A stretch of DNA of 40,982 bases from Ruminococcus flavefaciens (lineage in GTDB: Bacteria > Bacillota > Clostridia > Oscillospirales > Ruminococcaceae), in contig CADBNS010000059.1 of the NCBI GenBank assembly GCA_902796065.1, positions 1 to 40,982 on the forward strand, in the 5' to 3' direction. Under the pieces are notes generated by a model. The model was not told the DNA's origin. It ran no database searches and saw only the letters and a program-made list of their open reading frames with translations. Position 1 is the first letter of the stretch; the number at the start of each line of letters is the position of its first letter. Of this stretch, positions 14,882-25,548 are shown piece by piece. The translations under genes and the position numbers were made by a program.

Positions 14882-17800
14882 TTATTTGAGAAATTCGATA
14901 AATGACAGAGTACCGCCGGTGGAGAGGTAAGAGTAGTACCTGAGCACCTGAGTAGCATCTGAGGCGTCAGCAATACCGTTGCCGTCAATATCAGCGATCT
15001 TCATCTGAATATCGTTCAGTTCAGGCTTTTTGCCCACGGAGTTTGCAGCGTAAGCCATAAGAATATCGGAAGCATCAGCAGCATCTACCTTACCGTCGAA
15101 GTTGACGTCACCGAAGAGGTAACCGTGGTCAGCGGGTGAGGAAGAAGTGGTGACGGGAGCTGAGCCGGAAGCGGTAGTGGTGAGGGTAGTGGAGGTACCC
15201 TGACCTGACTTTGTGGCAGAGCTTGCCGAAGCAGTAGTTTTGCCGGAAGAGCCGTTGGGAGTGGTGGAGGTCATGGGAACCGGCAGGGCAGTTGAGGAAG
15301 TGGCAGACTTATACGTAGTTGCAGCCGTCTTTGTGGCGGAGCTTGTGGGAGCTGCCGCAGTTGTGGTCTTAACCGCAGTAGCAGTCACGCCGGACTTAGC
15401 CGGAGTTGAAGATGCGGTTGCGGAGGATCTCACCGTACTTGTGGAAGCCGTAGCGGCAGAAGTATTCACCGGAGCATTGGAGGCAGTACTTACCTGCGCA
15501 GAGGTGGAGGACTTCACCGCAGAAGCAGAGGTAACCGCGGATGTGGCGGCAGTAGTCGTAGTAGTAGAGGCAGCTGCCGTAGTTGTGGAAGTCGTGGCAG
15601 TGGTCGTTGTAGTTGTCACAGGCGGAGGACCGTCAGCACCGAAATGCACCGTAACAGCGTCAGTTTTTTCGGATTCGGTAGCCAGCTTCTCCCACTGTGC
15701 CTCAGTGTCGATGAAGTAGATGTCGCGTTTTTTTCCGTAGCCGTCGAAGAATGAGGTATCGTCGGCGGAGTAGCTGACAGACCTGATAGTAACAGTATCA
15801 AGGTCATGGCAGGAATAGAAAGCGTTGGGACCTATCTCACGGACGGACTGAGGGATAATTATATTATTTATCTTGTTGAACTCACAGAAGGCATTGGAGC
15901 CGATGCGTGAGATGCCGTCGGGAAGGGCAACGGAGGTCATTTTGTCTCTCAGCTCATACCACGGCTGTTTTTTGTTATCATAGTCGTACATATCACCTGA
16001 GCCGACAATGTTCAGCGTACCGGACTTACTGTCGAAGTACCACGCAAGCTCATCGCCGCAGTAACCTTCCACAGCCCTGAAGCTGAGACCGGTATCTGCC
16101 GCGTATTTCTCAGCCGCAGAGCCCTTCTGACCGTACACAGTGTAGTTTTTGCGCGGAGCCAGACCGGAATCGGCACCGAAAGCATTCTTGCTGATTGAGG
16201 AGAGCTGAGGACGAGTGATGATGCGGGAATTTGCTGAACAGCCTGCGAAGGAATTCTCACCAACGGAAGTCAGAGACTCCGGAAGAATTATCGTACTGAG
16301 CTTTCCGGCATCCAGAAAAGCATTATCGGGAACGGAGGTGATGCCCTCAGTGAAGCGGACGGAGGTGATACCATCAGCGTACTTGCTCCACGGGAACTCC
16401 TTCTCCTTAGCCGGAGCCACAGAGCCGGAGCCGTAGATGATAAGCTGACCGGAAGCAGGGTCAAGGACGAATTGAGCGGATTCGCCGCACTTGCCGGAGA
16501 CAGCGGAAGTAATGATATTTTTCAGTTCTTTGGTTGAGTTGTGGAGGTCGGAAGTGAGCTTATCCCAGTTCTCCTGAGAGCCGGTGTAGTAGATGTCGGT
16601 ACCGGGAGCGGCATACATCCAGCCGAAGTCAGCCTTTTCCACGGAATCGGGGATAATGAGCCGTGTTATCAGCTTATCGCCGTCGAAAGCGCCGGAGCCG
16701 ATAGTCCGCAGGGTATCGGGGAGAGACACATCACGGAGCTGAGGGCAGTCAGCGAAAGAGGAATTGCCGATATTATACGTATGGGAACTGATAATGACCT
16801 GTTCAAGGCTGTCCAGACCGCTGAAAGCGTTGTCGCCGATCTTGTGAATATCACCATCGAAGATGATAGTTTTCACCTTATCAGGGTCGGCACCGGACTG
16901 CTTTATCCAGTCCCGTGCGGAATCCTTAGTATAGTTGGGGATATTGCCCTTACCGGAGATACGGAGCACAGAGGTATCCGCATCGAATGAGTAGGAAATG
17001 CGGTCGGTGTCGGCTTTTTCCAGAGAGTACGGGTTGAGCTTATACACCACGGGAGCCATATCATCGGTGACGTACCACATAACGGTACCGTCCTCAGCCA
17101 CGAATGGCTGACAGTCCGACAGGCGCAGGGAGGTCTTTTCCGGTTGACCGATGAGCTGACCGTTCTGGTCGATGACAGCTATCATGGTAGAGACATTGCC
17201 GGTATCCTGTGCGACCTCCTCCCACATCACGAGAAACTGGTTATTGCTCAGTTTTACCATCTGGGGAGTATACACGACAGTACCGCTGCCCTGCTTATAG
17301 GAGGTGAGCCAGACGGTCTTGACCTCAGACAGCGCATTATCTGTAACTGAGCAGAACACGTTATGCTGGGTCTGGTCGTCCACCTCAGTAAGTGACTGGT
17401 CGATACTTGTACCCACAAGGAGAGTAGAGGAATCGGTCGCGGCGAATCCGCCCACAGTAACGCCGGTGTAGTTATCGCCGTAAACGGGGTGGTCGGGAAC
17501 GGTAATATCGAAGACATTGAGCTTCCGGTTGCTGACCATATTGAAGATGTTCTTGGGGAAGCGCTGTACCATGACAGCACGGGGATTATAGTCACCGTGG
17601 TCAGCAAGGTAGATGTAGTCGCCGGCGGTATCGATGAAGCCGTTGAAGCTGTGGGAGACACGGGTATAGAATGCAGAGTCGTAGATGCGCTCCATAGTGT
17701 CCTTATTGAAGACAAGCACAAGGTTCTCCTGATGACCCTGATAAACGGTACGAGCGGTAGTGACGTAGAGGTACTTGTCGGACTCCGCCATACGTGCAAC

Positions 17801-20800
17801 GCCGTTGGAGAGGTCTTTGAGGGATACTGCACTGAGGCCGGTATTATCCACCTTCACCGACACGGGGTCAGACCAGTCGCTGTTATAGCGTACCATGCGG
17901 TAGACCTCCAGTTCGTCGTCCATAGCCGGCTGACTGTACTTGCCGTCATTGTCCTGACCGAAGAGGAAGTAGTGGTGACCGTCCTTGCCGTGGTAGTAGC
18001 CCAGCATATGGTGGAGCTGCATATCCATAGTCCGTGAGGAGGTGAGGTTGAGGTCCTTGTCGTAGTCCTCAATGAGAATGTATGAGTTGTCCACGTTCTC
18101 CAGGCGGGTAAAGGAGCCGTCAGCGTTCTGGGTGAGGTAGGAGTTTACCAGTTTAGTTGCGAATGTAGTGAAGTAGTTGTAGTTATTGGCGGAGGCGTTA
18201 TTCACGGGAGTCTTGCCGCTCAGCAGAACAGACTGCACTTTGACAGCGGTACTGAGACCGGACTTATCCTGAGCAGTAATCATGAAAGAGAAGCTGATGT
18301 CGCTGTTGTACCTGGAGTGCACAGTTATCTCAGCCTCACCGGCACTGAAAGCGGTGAGCAGACCGTGGTTGGAGACCTGAATGCATTCCGGAGAACTGCT
18401 CTGCCAGATGAATTCAGAAGCGATACGGGGGTCGATGTCGATGTTTAGCTGAACCTCATCGCCCACGTTGATGACTTCGGGAACGTTGGTGATAGTCAGC
18501 TTATCATAAGTAGAAACGGTATCAAGGTCGATTATCTGCACATCATCGCGGATGCCGGAGTTTTCACGGAATGAATCCCAGCCATTCTTAGTGAAGTGGG
18601 CGTAGATCTCCGTACCGTAGGAGTCGATGAACTGGCGGTGAGCGCCGGCAGCATCACCCTCAATAACAGGAGCATCTCCCTCAAAGAAGAGCCGTGAGAG
18701 TGAAGCCGCGCCGTAGAACGCATTTCTGCCGATAGTATCAAGGGTATCGGGGAAGCGGAGGGATCCCAGAGCCGCGCAGTCGCGGAACGCCTGAGTACCC
18801 ACGGAGCTGAGCCTGTCGGGGAGGGTCACAGCGGAGAGGTTCTTAGCGCCCTGCATGAAGGAGCTGCCAATGCGTGTGATACCGCTGCTGAAGCGTACTT
18901 CCCTGATGTCGGAGATGTACCCGCCGGCGTTCCACGGAGCCTTATTTGAGCCGTTATTGTAGTCGAAGGTATCGCCCCGTCCGTAGACGGAGAGCACACC
19001 GGAATCGGAGTCGAAGGTGAACACAACGTCCTTGCCGCAGGTGTCGCCGGACCTGACAGAGACCAGTTGAATACCGTTGTCGGAGGCGAATTTTTCGGCG
19101 GAGCTGCCAGCGAAGGTGATGAGCTGAACATCGCTTTTGCGGCGGTTTTCAGTGCTGTAGCCGAAAGCCTTGTCGCCGTACTCAGCGTCAGGTGACTCCA
19201 CGAAGATCTCGTTCAGGGACTCACAGTGGAAGAAGGCGTGACTGCCCACAGAGCCGATACTCTCCGGCAGCTTGATATAGGACAGAGCTGTGCAGCCGGA
19301 AAAGGCGGAATCGCCGATACTACGTGCAGTTGCAGGGAGAGTGATGCCGGTGAGTGAAGTACAGTCAGCGAATGCGGAATCGCCGATAGAGTCCAGTGAG
19401 CCGCTCATAGTGACGGAGCTGAGCTTACCGCAGCCGTTGAAGGCATTTTTGCCGATACTGCGCACATCGTCGCTGAGAGCAACAGATCTGAGCGCACTGA
19501 GACCGGCAAAGGTGCCGTCACCCACGGAGGATATATGACCGGTCAGCTCCACGGAAGTTATCTTATCCGCGAACTCACTCCACGGAGCAGCCGCAGCAGC
19601 CGGCATATCGCCATCACCGATGATACGCAGGGTACCGGACTCCGGCAGGAAAACCCACGAGATAAGGCTGCTGTACTTGCCGGAAATGCAGCCGAATGCA
19701 GTATTATCGGACTCCAGCAGAGTATTGTCGGAGGACTTGTCGATGCTCTCCCAGTCCTGAGCGGTGCCGGAGTAGTACACACAGGTACCGTCAGAGCCGG
19801 CAGGAAGGAAGAAAGCACCGTTACCGGCTGAGCGCAGGGACTTGGGAACGATGAGGTGTTCCAGAGCAGAATCGTCGTAGAATGCAGAGCCATCAACAGT
19901 CCGGACAGTTTCAGGCAGACCCAGAGCGTGGAGATTGGGACAGTTAGCGAAGGACTGCTCACCGATACCGGTGACGCTGCCCAGGTCAGCGGCAGTCAGT
20001 GAAGAGGCGCCATTGAAGGCGTTTTTACCGATATTGGTAACATTGTCAATGATGTATACCTTCCTGATGTCACCGATGACGTCATTCCACGGGCGCTGGG
20101 AGAGGTCGGAGTAGTCGGTCATTTTTCCGGAGCCGAACACAGTGAGTGCGCCGTCAGTGCTGTTGTAGGAGTAAGCGAGGGAGGGACCGCAGGTGCCGCT
20201 GATGGCATCGCAGCTTATACCGGCAGCCTTAGCAGCCTTATCCGCGGTACTGTCGGGAGTACAGAACACTCTGACGTCCGGATTGGCAGAGAAAGCGTCC
20301 TTACCTATATAAAAGAGGTCGTCCGGAAGGAGAAAACGGGACACAGAGGGGCAGTCAGCGAAGGCGGACTCACCCACTGAGCGAATACCGTCCAGACCGG
20401 CGCTTTCAAGCCATTTTGCGCCTGCAAAAGCGTATTTGCCGATAGAATCGATACCCTCACCGAACAGGACCTTAGACACTCTGTCTGGCATATCAAGCCA
20501 CGGAGCCTTACCTTCGGACTGGTCAGCGACCGCACCCTTACCGATGAAAAGCAAGGTATCGGAATCGGGGTCATTGAGCCACATAGTGGTATCGCCGGCG
20601 CGTCCGGCAGCGGTACCGAAGATGAAGCTTACGCCGTCCTCCACTATGTAGAGGTCCTCTTTCCGGAGCGCCTCCCACTGAGCCTCAGAGCCTGTATAGC
20701 GGATAGTACGCACACCGGAGTTCAGGAAAGCGCCGCTTCTGATGAGGGTGAGGGAGGAGGGGAGAATGACGGAATCCAGAGCGGAGCAGTAGTGGAAGGT

Positions 20801-21178
20801 ACAGAAGCCGATACGTTCAAGGGTAGAGGGCAGGATAACAGTAGACAGGGCAGAAGCGCCATCGAACATATTGTCGCCGAGGCGGGTGATACCTTCGTCC
20901 ACAGTGAGGGTATGTATTTCAGACATCATGGACTTCCACGGCTGCTCATATGTTTCATTATAATTATAAACTATGCCTGTACCACTGACATGAGCCACAC
21001 CGTCGGTGATAGTCATAGTAGCAGTTTTACCGCATTTCCACTGAACGGAAGAGTTATCACCGGCAGGGGAAGTCTCAGCGAAAGCCGCCATATCCGCAAT
21101 GCCGGCGGAAGGGGCGTGGACAGCTGAAACGACCACAGAAAGGGCGATAATACCGGAAATGAACCGTTTGAAATTCAT
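14882..21178 (-). CDS. 2098-aa secreted BspA/TpLRR (LRR_5) repeat protein with Ig-like (Big_2) domain, unknown central domain, Thr/Ser linker and C-terminal dockerin
   Basis: Start ATG 21178 with GGAGGT RBS and signal peptide. Many LxxIGxxAFxxCxxL repeats with CG...G(T/V)LxIxGxG...PW caps; WQSSSPECIQVSNHGLLTA (Big_2); dockerin GDVNFDGKVDAADAS...ADIDGNGIADASDA. Confidence 0.9.
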   Translation of the reverse strand: MNFKRFISGIIALSVVVSAVHAPSAGIADMAAFAETSPAGDNSSVQWKCGKTATMTITDGVAHVSGTGIVYNYNETYEQPWKSMMSEIHTLTVDEGITRLGDNMFDGASALSTVILPSTLERIGFCTFHYCSALDSVILPSSLTLIRSGAFLNSGVRTIRYTGSEAQWEALRKEDLYIVEDGVSFIFGTAAGRAGDTTMWLNDPDSDTLLFIGKGAVADQSEGKAPWLDMPDRVSKVLFGEGIDSIGKYAFAGAKWLESAGLDGIRSVGESAFADCPSVSRFLLPDDLFYIGKDAFSANPDVRVFCTPDSTADKAAKAAGISCDAISGTCGPSLAYSYNSTDGALTVFGSGKMTDYSDLSQRPWNDVIGDIRKVYIIDNVTNIGKNAFNGASSLTAADLGSVTGIGEQSFANCPNLHALGLPETVRTVDGSAFYDDSALEHLIVPKSLRSAGNGAFFLPAGSDGTCVYYSGTAQDWESIDKSSDNTLLESDNTAFGCISGKYSSLISWVFLPESGTLRIIGDGDMPAAAAAPWSEFADKITSVELTGHISSVGDGTFAGLSALRSVALSDDVRSIGKNAFNGCGKLSSVTMSGSLDSIGDSAFADCTSLTGITLPATARSIGDSAFSGCTALSYIKLPESIGSVGSHAFFHCESLNEIFVESPDAEYGDKAFGYSTENRRKSDVQLITFAGSSAEKFASDNGIQLVSVRSGDTCGKDVVFTFDSDSGVLSVYGRGDTFDYNNGSNKAPWNAGGYISDIREVRFSSGITRIGSSFMQGAKNLSAVTLPDRLSSVGTQAFRDCAALGSLRFPDTLDTIGRNAFYGAASLSRLFFEGDAPVIEGDAAGAHRQFIDSYGTEIYAHFTKNGWDSFRENSGIRDDVQIIDLDTVSTYDKLTITNVPEVINVGDEVQLNIDIDPRIASEFIWQSSSPECIQVSNHGLLTAFSAGEAEITVHSRYNSDISFSFMITAQDKSGLSTAVKVQSVLLSGKTPVNNASANNYNYFTTFATKLVNSYLTQNADGSFTRLENVDNSYILIEDYDKDLNLTSSRTMDMQLHHMLGYYHGKDGHHYFLFGQDNDGKYSQPAMDDELEVYRMVRYNSDWSDPVSVKVDNTGLSAVSLKDLSNGVARMAESDKYLYVTTARTVYQGHQENLVLVFNKDTMERIYDSAFYTRVSHSFNGFIDTAGDYIYLADHGDYNPRAVMVQRFPKNIFNMVSNRKLNVFDITVPDHPVYGDNYTGVTVGGFAATDSSTLLVGTSIDQSLTEVDDQTQHNVFCSVTDNALSEVKTVWLTSYKQGSGTVVYTPQMVKLSNNQFLVMWEEVAQDTGNVSTMIAVIDQNGQLIGQPEKTSLRLSDCQPFVAEDGTVMWYVTDDMAPVVYKLNPYSLEKADTDRISYSFDADTSVLRISGKGNIPNYTKDSARDWIKQSGADPDKVKTIIFDGDIHKIGDNAFSGLDSLEQVIISSHTYNIGNSSFADCPQLRDVSLPDTLRTIGSGAFDGDKLITRLIIPDSVEKADFGWMYAAPGTDIYYTGSQENWDKLTSDLHNSTKELKNIITSAVSGKCGESAQFVLDPASGQLIIYGSGSVAPAKEKEFPWSKYADGITSVRFTEGITSVPDNAFLDAGKLSTIILPESLTSVGENSFAGCSANSRIITRPQLSSISKNAFGADSGLAPRKNYTVYGQKGSAAEKYAADTGLSFRAVEGYCGDELAWYFDSKSGTLNIVGSGDMYDYDNKKQPWYELRDKMTSVALPDGISRIGSNAFCEFNKINNIIIPQSVREIGPNAFYSCHDLDTVTIRSVSYSADDTSFFDGYGKKRDIYFIDTEAQWEKLATESEKTDAVTVHFGADGPPPVTTTTTTATTSTTTAAASTTTTTAATSAVTSASAVKSSTSAQVSTASNAPVNTSAATASTSTVRSSATASSTPAKSGVTATAVKTTTAAAPTSSATKTAATTYKSATSSTALPVPMTSTTPNGSSGKTTASASSATKSGQGTSTTLTTTASGSAPVTTSSSPADHGYLFGDVNFDGKVDAADASDILMAYAANSVGKKPELNDIQMKIADIDGNGIADASDATQVLRYYSYLSTGGTLSFIEFLK

Positions 21179-21238
21179 GCAGCAGACCTCCTTGAAATAA
21201 TAGCGTTTATGGCAAAATGAACATAGATCACTAATAAT

Positions 21239-21267
21239 ATTATAGCTGTGACAGGACAAAATGTCAA
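21239..21267 (-). promoter_or_regulatory. Consensus sigma-A promoter of the LRR-dockerin gene
   Basis: Minus strand TTGACA-17 bp-TATAAT. Confidence 0.8.
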
Positions 21268-21394
21268 TAACGCAGAGTATATTATTTTTATACTTCCGAT
21301 GAATACTGAGGAATAATATACGATGTGTAGATTTGAGCGTATAAAGAATGAATGTGAATAATTAGTGAATTTCTCTAAAATATTCTGTTGATTA

Positions 21395-21423
21395 TTGACA
21401 GTAACGGTATGAGATGCTATAAT
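21395..21423 (+). promoter_or_regulatory. Consensus extended -10 sigma-A promoter of the GGDEF-EAL gene
   Basis: TTGACA (21395-21400), 17 bp, TATAAT (21418-21423), with TG. Confidence 0.85.
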
Positions 21424-21469
21424 AAAGTTATGGTGCAGAAGCCTGCACTGACTAAAAGGTGGTGGAACT

Positions 21470-23427
21470 ATGCTTGACAGAATAAAAGAATTCCTGGGAC
21501 TTGAAAAGCAGAGCAGACACGTTAAGGACTTTATTTACGATGCCAATATAAAGGCAAGTATCTATATGTCAGTGGTGGTCATAATTCTTGAGGTATGGAT
21601 GATAATACGTCGTATCCACAAGGAAATGACGGTCTATTACGATCCTGCACACGGCTTCGATTACTATTTTGAACGGTTCAGGAACTATTCCATACTGCTT
21701 ATCGCCGGACTGTGCGTGTTCATATACGCAGTCGCGTATTATCGCGGAAAGACCACGAATCACACACTGGGCAGCATAATAATATGGTCGTTTTCGTTCA
21801 TCGGCATCTACTTCGGAATGATGGTGTCCCTGATAGACTACAGCAAGGGAGAGCAGATACTCACCTTCCTGACCATGGAGCTGTTCATAATGTGCTTGCT
21901 GACGTGGAAACCGCTGATAGGCGTAGTGATACTGAGTGTATCCTACATCTTGTTCTATTGGCAGATGGATGCTATAAAAGCGCCGAATACAGGCGAACCC
22001 GGAACAACTGAGGCAACGCAGATAAACTATTTCATCATGTGGCTTTCGACGCTGATGTTCTGTTTCAGTAACTACAACAGGCTGAAATATCAGGCAGTGA
22101 AGGACGAGAATCTGGAGGAGGCAAACAGGCACCTCAGCCGTATTTCCGTAGAGGACGAGCTGACGGGTATACATAATATGCTGTATTTCCGCACGGAAGC
22201 CGCAAAGCTGATGAGCTACGTCATTACCGACAAAGAGAGCATGGTATTCCTGTTCTTCGACATAGAGAACTTCAAGTCCTACAATGAAAAGTACGGATTT
22301 CACGCCGGAAATGAGCTGCTTGTGAAGGTAGCCCACCTGATAGACGATTCCTTTGCCGGTTCACTGGTATCACGCTTTTCAGACGACCACTTTGTAGTGC
22401 TGACTAAGAATGAGGGTTCGATGGAGACTATCAGCGGACTTGCAGAGAGGGTACACGATCTGCAAAGGGACGTTCAGCTGACGCTGAAATGCGGAGCCTA
22501 CCGTCCTTCCGGTGAGGAGACCGACCCCAGCGTAGCCTGTGACAGGGCGCGTCTTGCCTGCACCAGTATCAAGAAGCGCTACGACCAGTCCTTCCGTATG
22601 TACGACAAGGCGCTTGAGGACAGATTCTACCTGAAACAGTATATTGTCAACAACATAGATACCGCGATAGCCAGCGGATACATCAAGGTCTACTATCAGC
22701 CTGTGGTATCCACGGCATCAGGCCGCATCTGCGGATTTGAGGCGCTTGCAAGGTGGCTGGATCCAAACTACGGACTGCTTTCACCGGCAGCCTTCATCAG
22801 TACGCTGGAGGAGTACCGCCAGATACACAAGCTGGACAAGTGCATAATGGAACAGGTCTGCCGGGATTACCGCAGCGCCAAAGACAAGGGACTGCCGTTC
22901 GTACCGGTCTCACTGAACTTCTCACGGCTTGATTTTGAGCTGTGCGACATAGTAGGCTATCTTGCAAGTCGGCGGAGGAGTACAATGTACCGCGGAATTT
23001 CCTTGACGTAGAGATAACGGAGAGTGCACTGAATGAGCAGCATGACTTTCTGCAAAGTGCGATGAAGGTGCTGAGGAGTGCAGGGTTCAACATCTGGCTG
23101 GACGATTTCGGAAGTGGTTATTCATCGCTGAATGTGTTAAAGGATTATCAGTTTGACGTAATGAAGATAGACATGAAGTTCCTGACGGGATTTGCCAGCA
23201 ATAAGAAGACGCGGACGATACTGAAAAACATCGTGGGACTTACCAAACAGCTGAACATGATGTCGCTGACAGAGGGAGTTGAAACGAAGGAGCAGTTTGA
23301 GTTTCTGAAGCGTATCGGCTGTGACCGGACGCAGGGATACCTGTTCAGCAAACCGGTGCCGCTGGAGGAGATGTACGCGAAAATAGAATCCGGTGAACTG
23401 GCGATAGCGAACGAATATATGCCATGA
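21470..23427 (+). pseudogene. Membrane-bound degenerate-GGDEF/EAL c-di-GMP phosphodiesterase, split by a 1-bp frameshift near 22962 (pseudogene or assembly error)
   Basis: ORF 21470-23011 has TM helices, DELTG, SRFSDDHF in place of GGDEF, YYQP, GFEALARW and SLNFS. ORF 22942-23427 continues with EITES, LDDFGSGYSSL, KIDM, EGVET and QGYLFSKP. Adding one T to CTTGCAAG joins the frames. Confidence 0.85.
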
Positions 23428-23451
23428 AAGGCAGACCCGTAGGGGAGCAAT

Positions 23452-23486
23452 AAAAAAGCCTGGGAGTTATGAACTCTCAGGCTTTC
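23452..23486. terminator. Bidirectional intrinsic terminator
   Basis: AAAAAAGCCTGGGAGTT-ATG-AACTCTCAGGCTTT between convergent genes. Confidence 0.8.
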
Positions 23487-23492
23487 ATTATA

Positions 23493-25187
23493 TTATGCAG
23501 TTTTTCTTGAAGCAGCCATCTGAGCTTCGATCTCAGCAGCGCGGGCAAGAGCGGTATCGATATGGTCGCAGAAATTCTCCTTGCCGACCTTTTCAATGAA
23601 TCCAGCCTTTTCCATAGCGTGCATCGGCTGTTCGTTAACGTGGGAGAAGACCACCTTGCGCTTTTTGCGTTCGCAGTCCTTGACGATGCTCATCAGCGCC
23701 TCAACGCCGGTAGCATCGATAGCCGGAACATTACGCATACGAATGCAGAGCACATCGATCTTTTTGTCGTCCAGAATGTACTTGTACTTGTCGGAAGCAG
23801 CGAAGAACATAGGACCGTTTATCTCAAAAACTCTGGTATTATCGGGAATTTTCTTGAGAGTGATGTTATCCGGGTCAGTTTCCTCATCGTCCACATCGAT
23901 CCATGCGTGAGCCTCAGTGACGTCAGCCATTCTCTTCATGAACAGGAGAGCAGCCAGTACCAGACCAGCACCGATAGCCACAACGAGGTCGAACACAACA
24001 GTGAGAATGAGAGTAACGAAAAGAACGGCAATATCGCTCTTCGGAGCAGTTTTCACGGTGTTGCGGATATTTCTCCAGCCGCACATATTATAAGCAACAA
24101 TGAAGAGGATAGCAGCGATAGTAGGCATTGGGATAAGAGCCGCATAGGGCATCAGGAGCAGCAGGATAATGAGCACAAGAACTGAGTGTACCATGCCTGC
24201 GATAGGAGTACGTCCGCCGTTCTTGACGTTGGCAGCAGTACGTGCAATAGCGCCTGTAGCGGGGATACCGCCGAACAGTGCGGAGCCGATATTAGCGCAG
24301 CCCTGAGCGATGAGCTCCATATTTGAGCGGTGCTTTGAGCCTATCATACCGTCGGAAACTACGCATGAGAGGAGGGATTCCACAGCAGCCAGCACAGCGA
24401 TAGTGAAGGCGTTGGGGATAAGAGCCTTGACTCTTGCGAATGTGACCTCGGGAACGGTGAATTTCGGCGGAGCTGAGGAAATGGTATACAGGTCGCCGAT
24501 GGTATTTACGTTCATGTCAGTGATCTTAACGATAGCAGAGCAGAGCAGAACGGCGATCAGAGAGGCAGGGATCTTCTCCAGCTTCTTAGGCCAGAGGATA
24601 AGCACAGCCAGAGAGATAACGCCGATAAGGAGTGCCTGAGGGTTGAATGTGCCGATGCACAGACCGACCTCCTTGAGCTTGTCCAGAGTTTCGATAGGGG
24701 AATTTTTGAAGGTAAGACCAAGGAAGTCCTTTATCTGACCCACAACGATAGTAACAGCGATACCGAAGGTAAAACCGGTAGTGATGGTACCCGGTATGTA
24801 TTTGAGCAGTCCTCCGAATCTGCACAGACCCATGATGATCATGAGAATACCGGCGATGACGGTAGAGATGATCAGACCGTCCATGCCCTCAGTAGCGACG
24901 ATGCCGGCAACAATGGTAGCGAAAGCGGCAGTAGGACCTGCGATCTGCACACGGCTTCCTCCCAGGAAGGAAACGATGAAACCTGCAACGATAGCAGTAT
25001 ACAGACCCTGTTCCGGACGAACTCCCGACGCCAGAGCGAGGGCGATAGACAGCGGCAGAGCGATGATAGCGACAATGATACCAGCCACGATGTCCTTGAC
25101 CAGCTGCTCTTTTGAGTAGTTTTTCATAACTGAGAACAGCTTGGGTTTGAGCTTTTCCTCAGTGCGTTTGGTTTTGACTTCTTCCAT
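23493..25187 (-). CDS. SulP family inorganic anion/dicarboxylate transporter with STAS domain
   Basis: DIVAGIIVAIIALPLSIALALASG, QIAGPTAAF, ELIAQGCANI, PATGAIARTAANV and STAS GPMFFA...IDATG. Start ATG 25187 with GAGGAG RBS. Confidence 0.93.
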   Translation of the reverse strand: MEEVKTKRTEEKLKPKLFSVMKNYSKEQLVKDIVAGIIVAIIALPLSIALALASGVRPEQGLYTAIVAGFIVSFLGGSRVQIAGPTAAFATIVAGIVATEGMDGLIISTVIAGILMIIMGLCRFGGLLKYIPGTITTGFTFGIAVTIVVGQIKDFLGLTFKNSPIETLDKLKEVGLCIGTFNPQALLIGVISLAVLILWPKKLEKIPASLIAVLLCSAIVKITDMNVNTIGDLYTISSAPPKFTVPEVTFARVKALIPNAFTIAVLAAVESLLSCVVSDGMIGSKHRSNMELIAQGCANIGSALFGGIPATGAIARTAANVKNGGRTPIAGMVHSVLVLIILLLLMPYAALIPMPTIAAILFIVAYNMCGWRNIRNTVKTAPKSDIAVLFVTLILTVVFDLVVAIGAGLVLAALLFMKRMADVTEAHAWIDVDDEETDPDNITLKKIPDNTRVFEINGPMFFAASDKYKYILDDKKIDVLCIRMRNVPAIDATGVEALMSIVKDCERKKRKVVFSHVNEQPMHAMEKAGFIEKVGKENFCDHIDTALARAAEIEAQMAASRKTA

Positions 25188-25265
25188 AAATATCTCCTCA
25201 TGTTTATTGCTCCGCAGGTCAGGCACAGGGTCAGACGGCGGAGCAACAATTAATAATGCCATAAT

Positions 25266-25294
25266 ATTATACTACTCCGGCGCGTCAAATTCAA
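25266..25294 (-). promoter_or_regulatory. Sigma-A promoter of the SulP gene
   Basis: Minus strand TTGAAT-17 bp-TATAAT. Confidence 0.65.
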
Positions 25295-25424
25295 GGGTCT
25301 CAGGCGGATTCTTCAAATTTTGTCGATTTCGATACATTCTGACCTCCTCAGTGGAAAACGGGCAGCGGCGAATGGCATTTTTTGTGACTTATTAACCATT
25401 TATTGCTGAAATCTTACTGGTTTA

Positions 25425-25453
25425 TTGACAATTTTTTAATGCCGTGGTATAAT
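25425..25453 (+). promoter_or_regulatory. Consensus extended -10 sigma-A promoter of the CotH-dockerin gene
   Basis: TTGACA (25425-25430), 17 bp, TATAAT (25448-25453), with TG. Confidence 0.85.
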
Positions 25454-25548
25454 CGGGTTATATAGAAAAAAGAGTAGTAACTCCACGTCCTGAGGGGGAA
25501 CGGGTTCCGTAATTTTAATTTTATCTCATGACAGGAGGACTAAAAAGT

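Noticed and set aside
15130-15620. Repetitive ACC/ACT/GCT-rich DNA (also 11560-12180)
   Set aside because: Explained by Thr/Ser/Ala-rich protein linkers; no fixed repeat-spacer periodicity.
23430-23450. GCAGACCCGTA shared with 908-918 and a GTAGGGG REP-like start
   Set aside because: Only an 11-bp match with no following palindrome; plausible by chance.
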